Positions 55,057 to 64,000 of a DNA stretch of 64,000 nucleotides are shown piece by piece. Within the stretch, counting starts at the first letter, position 1, and the number at the start of each line of letters is the position of its first letter. The notes beneath the pieces were generated by a model. That model did not search any database. It was not told the DNA's origin and saw nothing but the letters and a program-made list of their open reading frames with translations. The DNA is from Octopus vulgaris (Eukaryota): contig OX597816.1 of NCBI GenBank assembly GCA_951406725.2, positions 69,750,001 to 69,814,000 of the forward strand, given 5' to 3'. Made by a program: the position numbers and the translations under genes.

Positions 55057-55880
55057 AAAGTGAGAGAGCAGTGCATGCCATCAAAGTGACACTGGGATAA
55101 AATATATCCGTATACCCGTCGTGACTACCCGTCTGCTAAGGGTATATCAGGCACATGTAACCAACCATATTTGCTCACATAGTGACACTTGTTTACTGGT
55201 CATGCTTCAAGAACCCTGCAAAAACTTCTTCCAGTTCCAAGCAATGCTGATTTTTGTAGGTGCTCTACCTTCACAATTGCATCAGCTCTTTTTACCCATG
55301 TTGAGAGTTGAGCGTTGATACTTCCAAGAGCACCAATTACTATTGGTATCACGTATACTCTCTTCATTGACCTCAACATTCGTATTTCTCACTTCAAATC
55401 GTCGTAGTTGTTTATTTTTCTTCTTCTTTCACATTGATCCTATTGTCACCGGGTCACGCTATGTCGATTATCATGCAGGTTCTTTCTTTTATATTCACCA
55501 CTACAATGTCCGGTTTCCGATGACTGGTCAGGTGATCGTACTGAATCATTACACCCCACAGGGTTTCGCAATTCTCCTTCTTGGTGACTCCTTCCGGTGT
55601 TTTCTCATACCACGTCTTTGCACTTCGTAGGCTGTGATTTCCAGAGCTCCCACTGGATCATTCTTGCCACATTGTCATAGTGTCTTTTGCATTCACGTTG
55701 TGCCAATTTCGGGCATTCGCTAACGATGTACCATACCGTTTCACCCCTCACCACACATTCTACATTTGTTGCTGTCGACAGTGTTGCTTAATCTGCACTT
55801 AACATAGTTGATCCTTAACGCTTGTTCTTGAGCTGTGTATATGAGTGCTTCTCTCTCTATTTTCAGGTCACTCCTCCTCA
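55057..55880 (-). mobile_element. R4/Dong-type LINE 3' fragment (CCHC knuckle, RLE and 3' UTR)
   Basis: AQEQALR; KCRMCGE..ETV..IVSECPKLAQ..HYDNVA; RKPDIVV..IIDIA*PGDNR. Confidence 0.88.
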
Positions 55881-55936
55881 CCCACAGCCACCGGCGATCT
55901 GTATCTGTCTTCGCGTTCACATTTCTTGCAAACTGA

Positions 55937-56119
<183 letters not shown>

Positions 56120-56129
56120 TTTGACTAAT

Positions 56130-56566
56130 TTCTATCTGCCTGCAATGTTATATGGTAGTGAAACATGGGCTACCACAAAGAGAGAAGAGCAAAGACTGGT
56201 AACGGCTCAAAGAGCCATGGAAAGATCAATGCTTGGTATCTCGTTGAGAGAACACATAAGTAGCAAGATCATCAGAAAGAAGTCCGGCGTGAGAGATGTC
56301 ATCGCAGAGTATACACGCAGCAAGTATAGATGGGCTGGACACGTCGCCCGGCTCACCGATAATCGGTGGACGCACGCAGATGCCGAGTGGTACCCGCGTG
56401 AGCGGAAAAGACCACCCGGAAGACCCCCACGACGGTGGAGTTACGATTTCAAGAAGATGATTGGGATCACGTGGATGAGAAAGGCGCGATCCAGAGAGGA
56501 GTGAACAGCGTGCTGTGACCAGCGGTGTCAAATGGACGCCTGACGGACTGGTCGGTCAAGGTGATC
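56130..56566 (+). mobile_element. RTE-clade LINE 3' fragment
   Basis: LPAMLYGSETW..QRAMERSMLGISLREH..KYRWAGHVAR..WYPRERKRPPGRPPRRW, the typical RTE C-terminus, plus a short 3' tail. Confidence 0.92.
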
Positions 56567-59269
56567 AATAATAAGGAAATATGGACCCTAAAGAAAGTCT
56601 TTATTGAAAAGTTATATAATGGGTTTTGAAAACAACTTTATGAAAATAGCTTTCACTGTGTGCTTTAGAAATTGGATTTAAATATTACAAGAAACGATTG
56701 TGAATCAATTGTTTAATCGGAGCTAAATAGTATATTTAATTATTTTAATTATCCTCAGCAGATCATTGTAACTAACATTAAAATCATACTAATTTTCTAA
56801 ACCAGCCCCAAAATTTGCTGGACATCTGCTAAAGTATCTTTGAAAATTACAAAAGAGGGTTGAGCGACGTTGTAGGATAAAGGAAAATATCGAGTAATCA
56901 CTTTTATGGTTGTAATTCAGGGCTGAACCCATCTTGATAGATTGGACATTATCAACAACTGAATATTTTAATGAAAGTAGTCGTACTGTTTTATTATGAA
57001 ATTACTAGTTTAAATCATTAGACTACGGCTCTACCCGGACACTACCATCACGGCTTTTGACCAATCATATTTATATCAATACTAATTTCTGGGATCTATA
57101 TTTATTAAGTGGCGCAGTTTCATCGTTTTTACCTTGTTAGTCTTATTCAAGATTAAATTATTGTGTATGATGGCTCACAAAGCAATCGATAACTTGGTCA
57201 AGAACATCTATTGCGGCATCCGATTGACTAATATATCGTGAATGAAATTTATCTTATGCTAATGAATCTAATTGATGCAAATAGCATTATCAATCTCTCA
57301 GTAATAATAGTCTTGGGGCAACTCAAATTAGGCCCATAAATACAAAATAAACATTATTAAACCTCCTTTATTAGCTTAATCAACAAAAGTCATCAATGCA
57401 TCTGATGTTTTTGCAGCGTCTGTGAAACTGATGAAGGAAAAAAAATTAACCTAATACAAGCATTCGAATGATTGCAGAAAAGTAGACTTTGCCGCTAGAA
57501 GCAGTTAGGCGTTAAAATTGGAGACACATTACGTCTAACACTCAAAAACAGGAATGGATCCTTTAAAGGGGTTTCTACAGTTTCCTACATTGCAATAACA
57601 AGGCTGCAACAGGTCTTAGTTTATGGTAGAAGACAATTATTTAAGATACTGGAGAGCTTTTTACTACATGAATATACGCTGTTGTGATATGAACTTGTTA
57701 ACCACATAAACAGCCAGATTTGTTTTTCAGATTTGTCCTTTATACTCTGTATCTGAACTGCAAAATTACGTTCTGGTGTGGTGGATACTCAAGTGATGTA
57801 GAATCATAATTTCAGAGTCGCTATCATTTTCTAAGCCCACAGATTGGCATACAATCAAGGACTCATCAGGGCATAACTAATGCCCACTCCGTAGAAACAC
57901 ATTCTCACCGGATATCTTGGTCCCAAGCTTATTTCTTCCTCCACCAATCTCTCTTTTCACTATCGTTGATTATTTTTCTTCAGATAAAATGTAAATTTCC
58001 GAAATGTCAAGACACTTACCCTATTGTCTCTTTTGTACCCTGACTTTCACAATGTATCTGCAACAATTCAGACTAAATACAATCTTATACATAGTATATA
58101 ATCTAGAGAGGATCGGTGCTCATCAGTGCAAGATACAAGAGGAGTCAATAGGCTTAACACGTTGATATTTGTATGCTGCTAAACGCAGTTTATGCAATCT
58201 TCCATGCAGGTGAACTAAGTCATGAAAATGTGCGTGCTGAGACAGGAGAGAGGCCTCTCCCATTTGCACCATAACTGATAGTTCAACAATTCAGCAATCT
58301 GAAATTAGATGGGTGCTGAAAATTTACGCAAAGATGTTATAATTTTACTGAGCTTTCTGTGTGGGTGAGTTATTTGCACTAAATTAACGCAATATCAATT
58401 TTAAGCTACGCAAATATGACGAACATGAATATCTGTTCATTTTGAATACTGTAATTTGTTTAGCTGAAGATTCGTAATATTTAACTTTAGGCTCTGTCAA
58501 ACAGTTTCACCTGCCGTATTAAGTGTCCATTGAAAATATGGGAATATATTTTGGGTTTAATTCAAATATATTACAATGTAGATTATCTGGGACAAATTTT
58601 GCCAAATAACTGCCAAATTTTTCATTCAAATTCAATTACTTTCCATTGATTGTTAGAGATGCTCAATAGTAAATAACATTCTCAGCATCGAGAATAGAAA
58701 GTTTAAGATTTTCTATGAAGTCTCTCGCTACATTAAACAAAGTATAAAGAGTGCTAATCACTCTTTTTGCTTCAACTATTCAAAATCGAACATTGAAAAG
58801 TGACAAAGTGGACGATGATATCAATAAAATTCTCGTATGAAGATATTTCAAACTTTGTACTGAATACTTTATTCAATAAGTGCACACTGAAGCAGAACTT
58901 TCGCTATCAGAATATACGGCAAGATAAATTCAAATATAAATGTACGGAATGGCAAATTGATATTATTCAAGAAAATACGTCAACGTCTGCACGAAACACG
59001 TAACGACGACATTAATATTATCCGAGGAGAAGACGGAAGATACATATCAGTTTATTACTGTGGCGAAAATCCTGCTTTTATATTGATACCCTGAGTCGGT
59101 CTATTTATTTCTGGCAGTGTCTATTTGGGCGGTGCTGCTAAGTAACATTTATCACGACTTCCATTTATCTGTCCAGTTCAGACTGTTGCAACCAGAGTCA
59201 CTACTGCTTGCTTTTGTTTTAGTTGTTCTTTTTTAGATAGTTATTATAACTGCATAATAAAAGGCATCT

Positions 59270-59455
59270 AGATGGAAAGAATCGTTTCCGCGTGAGACAA
59301 ACTGTGTAACGGCATTTCTTCTTGTTTTACCTTTCGAGTTCGAATTCTGCAGAGATTGACTCTACCTTTCATCGTTTTAGAGGTCGAGAAAACAAGTACC
59401 AGTTAAGTACTGGGATCGACATAATCGACTGTGTGTAAAGTAGAAAGAATTATTA
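59270..59455 (+). mobile_element. SINE family B, diverged
   Basis: gagttcgaattctgc..cctttcatc..ggtcga..aagtaccagt..gtagaaagaattatt. Confidence 0.7.
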
Positions 59456-60269
59456 TAGCATAATCAAAGACGGAAGATAGCAAAATAGCTACTGCATCTT
59501 ACGATTGCACATTTGTCATGTTCTCAGAAGATGCGAGTTCGAGTCCATCAAACAGCTTTCGAATTTCAAAGCAGCGAGCTGGCAGACTCATTGCTACACC
59601 TAACAAAATGCTTAGGAACATTTCGTCTAGTTGTTTAATTTCTTCTTAAACCTATGTGCTCTTTGTCAAAAATCTATCTTCAAACGGGTATCAGAATGTC
59701 GAGAAGAGAACTGATGTCGCTTCCACAGCATTAACACCACGAGACCTGAGCTGACCAATATAGGCCTAACATCTACAAGCAATCGTATTATCTGATGAGA
59801 CTAGTCCATCCTATTCACCCTCAACACTTTAAGTCATGTGCAGCTGAGTTTGCATCTACATCATCTATTGCTACCACTACATCATTTTCTTCTTCCTTTG
59901 TGGCTCCGCATATTGACGGTCAGCATTTTTGGCTTTATTTGGGGACTCTCTTTTGGTTTTGCTTCAGTTTTACTCCTACTATCATACCTTTTCTTCTTTT
60001 ATCTGTATTCTTTAGCCCTACATTGGTTCTGTCCCACTTTTGGTTATGGCAGGACCATCAGAGCTGGTGTTTTCTCTCCTTGGCAGGCCTCTCGATTTTA
60101 ACATGTGCAGAAGAAAATGAGATAACAAAGGAATTAACAATTATCTTATGAGCTTCATTAGCTTAGAGATGATCTTGCTATAAAATGTAGTGGATGCATA
60201 GTTGAGTGCCTTATAACTTCATCAGAACCGCGAATACACGTGCAACTCGTTTGGATATATATATGATAG

Positions 60270-60450
60270 ATCGCTAGCCACTACACATTCTTTATTTTCT
60301 CTTCTTGTTTCTTTCTGTGTTCCTTTCTGTGGAAGAGTGTAGGCTCGAAACGTTAAAGAGTTTTTCAGTTCCCGTGCGTTATACTAATACATCTGTTTGT
60401 GGTCTACACCACCTGTCTTCGTCTTTTGTTTTTTTTTTCTGAATTTTCCC
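60270..60450 (+). mobile_element. Probable PLE terminal fragment (family also seen at ~31440-31580)
   Basis: ctttctgtggaagagtgtaggctcGAAAcgttaaag and cacctgtcttcgtctttt; bounded by TA repeats. Confidence 0.4.
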
Positions 60451-60682
60451 TATATATATATATATATATATATATATGAATGACTTGAAACAAGAGAATG
60501 ATGGAAAGATACAGACAGATAATTTAAAGATAAAAAATTGTGAAAATACAATTTGCATTGTGGAAGTTTGCACTGTAGTGAGGAGGTCTCAGAATATTGG
60601 TAGACATATGTCCATATGTTGGCTATGGTCGATATTTTAATTAATATAACTGTGAACGTTTGTGTATTTGTATATATGTTGC

Positions 60683-60797
<115 letters not shown>

Positions 60798-62376
60798 TGT
60801 GCTTGAAAGAATAGTTATGATTCCATGATTCTCTAGATGTATGGTATTGAAAGAAATTACTAGAAAGATATTTTGAATAAAAAGATATGTGGAAAACTTA
60901 CATGCATAAAAATTTTGTAACAAAATATTTTTAGGAGAAAAAAAGGAAAAGCTAAAACGTCATTTAAAACTTTTTGAAATAAATATAAAATCAAATTTGT
61001 TGAACAATAGTAGGACGAAATATTTTTTTAATTTTTATTCATTAAAATATTTTTACAAAAATCTATTTAAAATTCAGATGTAAGGCATGATAAATTTGAT
61101 GAAAGTAAAATCTAGATAAAGGTTAATTGCTGGAAGAATATCTTACATAAGAAAGCAAACAGAGAATTTTTGATATTTAGGTATATTTGGCATATTCCTA
61201 AAAATAAAAGTACTTTAAACTACCGTACCAAAATTACCTAACATTGTCCTTTGAATTGTTATTACTTGCAACGCAATGTCGTACATAGACGCACGGTATA
61301 TAATAGATACAAAAGATCGTGAAAATATATATTGGATCATCAACGGACTGCAAGAGACGCTACGTAGTCCATTGCAGTTCATTTTTAATATTAAATGCAA
61401 ATCATATCCACTATAGCAAAATTATATCATTTCTTAGAATATTACCTAAACTGTTACCAAAACCGAACAACCTTTCCACAATGCTTGTATGAAATGACCT
61501 ATTGAAATATTACGTGAGGCTATTGGGTTTTTTGCTATTTCACAGAGAATATGATGCGTTTCCTTTTTACTGTTATCTTTTCGTTAAATCTTTTATCTTT
61601 GAACCATAGATCTATCGCTTCCAATAGTTTTAGATGTCCATTTACTTGTACTTCGATCTAACGTCCCTTTCCTAGCTTTTATCTTTCATTCTTCAAATAT
61701 ATATGTGAAATCCTCCAAATGTCGCTCAATCTATGGCATGCCTTTTATCGTAACAGAAACTCAAGGTCCTTTGTATTATAGTTATATAACGATGCATTTT
61801 TAGGACCTCTTTCTAGTACTTATAGTATTATCTAATGTTGTCACTTCACTCATTGTATAAGTTAGTTATAATTTTGTCTTAAAACCTTTATATGTTCTAC
61901 TGATAAAGTACTGAAACCCCTAAGAATAAGGGCTGATATATCCATAGCAGCCGATAACTAGTCGGGTCCATCCTTCACATATTTTTTCTTCCGTAATTGT
62001 TTGATGCCTTGTCTCCACTCTACATTCTTTTAGTTTGTTTTGTGAAATGTCTAGTCTTGTTCTTTACTGCTTCTTATCTCAGTGGAACTTTATCTCTTAG
62101 AAATGTGTCCTTTTTACTTTTCTTCTATATTTCTGACTCCGTTTTTCGCGTACTTTCTCTTCCTCACTTTTACAAGTATGACTTCGTGTTTTACATCTTA
62201 GCCTTCATGTTATCGATGTATTATCCGTCAATAGTTTACGCCCCTTCCTCGTTTACTTCTTTTTTTATTCACATGCGCCTTCTTATATGGAGCATTTACA
62301 AATACTAGAGTTTCCTTGGTATATTTTCTTCCCGGTAATTTGACGCAAATAAATTGAATTGACTCATCTACCATAC

Positions 62377-62620
62377 TTCTTTACTCCTTTACTTGTTTCA
62401 GTCATTTGACTGTGCCCATGCTGGAGAACCGCCTTTAGTCGAGCACATCGACCCCAGGTCTTACTCTTTGTAAGCCTAGTACTTATTCTATCCGTTCTTT
62501 TTGCCGAACCGCTAAGTTAGGGGCCTAAACACACCAGCATCGGTTGTCAAGCGATGTTGTGGGAGGGGACAAACACAGACACACAAACATACACTCATAC
62601 ACACACACACACACACACAC

Positions 62621-62679
<59 letters not shown>

Positions 62680-62856
62680 ACATATACATATATACAATGG
62701 GCTTCTTTCAGTTCCCGTCTACCAAATCCACTCACAAGGCTTTGGTAGGCCCGAGTCTATATTAGAAGACACTTGCCCAAGGTGCCACACAGTGGGACTG
62801 AACCCGGAACCATGTGGTTGGTAAGCAAGCTACTTACCACTCAGCCACTCCTGCCC
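62377..62856 (-). mobile_element. SINE family C, best-preserved copy
   Basis: tRNA head (tggctgagtgg; gggttcagtccc), CORE-like ccttgggcaagtgtctt, internal (TA)n(TG)n, 3' gactgaaacaagtaaagg tail. Confidence 0.9.
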
Positions 62857-63221
62857 GTATATTATTTTTTCTATTCTTTTGAGTGTTTTGTTGCATAACT
62901 ATATTACACCAGTTTTCATAATGCACATCAATGCATCATCTAATCACCGACATTTTGAAACATTTGTAAAATCCTATAAAGGACTACCATTTTCCCCTGA
63001 AATAGATTCATGTTTATGTAATATCTTTATAAATGATTCGATGCTGTATATAACTCTTTGTCCAAGATTCATCTTTTTTTTCTATTATTCGTCCAACCTA
63101 TGCATCTCTCTTGCAAACTATTGTTCCGCTCAGTTACTTTTCACACGATTCTGCCGCTGGATTCTAGAAATCAGTTGCGGCTCAACATTTTATCCGGTAG
63201 TAATTATCTCTTCTACGCTTT

Positions 63222-63395
<174 letters not shown>

Positions 63396-63420
63396 CACAT
63401 ATATATATGGCTTCTCCTCG

Positions 63421-63499
<79 letters not shown>

Positions 63500-64000
63500 G
63501 TTAATACTAAGTTTTGTACAAACGCAAATAATTTCATTTCTGAATATTGAATGTAAACACATGCTGAAGAAATGTTGAGATATAAGACGTTAAAACTAAA
63601 ATAAACACGGTTGCGTCACGCTAAGTCAACACTTATTTTATATTTACAGAAATGTATTCTGTGAAGATAAATTGCAATGTAGATGCAAAGTCAATAACTG
63701 CGTGCTAATGACGTGGGATTGAAGAAAGACAGGATGGCGAATAATAACAGAAAAAATAAAATGAAACATTAGTTGCAGGCACGAGGGAGAAAGTGACGAG
63801 AAAGGGAATGGCAAAAAGTTGCGACAGCATGATTGGCAACAGCACCAACAACGAGCAACAAAACAGTAACAATAACAACAATAACAATTGCACTAACATG
63901 AATTGAAACATGTGGTCGATGGATATGCTCGAAATAGTAGTTCAATCATGCACAATTTGATATCTTACAGTGTTAATGCGGCATTCCTGTAAAATGAAGT

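Noticed and set aside
59112-59140. tggcagtgtc start resembling miR-34 in a small hairpin
   Set aside because: Only the first ~10 nt match, and the hairpin is too short for a pre-miRNA
57780-60110. Possible decayed LINE pieces (~57780-58320 and ~59640-60110) and CTGATGA at ~59792
   Set aside because: No continuous motifs, and the CTGATGA has no following GAAA or stems

Overview
AT-rich eukaryotic DNA that looks intronic or intergenic, packed with microsatellites and transposon debris. The repeat families are most consistent with a coleoid cephalopod such as Octopus (inference). No host protein-coding gene can be supported, and almost all listed ORFs are microsatellite artefacts. Supported content: a near-intact DD34D mariner (51628-52919) nested in an R4/Dong-type LINE; other mariner and Tc1 relics; four R4/Dong-type LINE fragments, three of them chained between (TAA)n tracts; two RTE LINE fragments; a Penelope-like element (PLE, Naiad-like) with a GIY-YIG domain; a non-autonomous Helitron; a MITE; and at least four tRNA-derived SINE families. 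Most interesting are several minimal type I hammerhead-ribozyme folds at PLE-type ends, including a family with a G3-C8 core swap, usually abutting (TA)n. Also notable: a SINE sharing its 3' tail with the RTE LINE in the same window, a trimeric SINE inserted as one unit, and an in-frame LINE-endonuclease/mariner chimeric ORF. I found no evidence of a wholly new gene system. All alignments were done by eye, so boundaries without a TSD or TIR are approximate.
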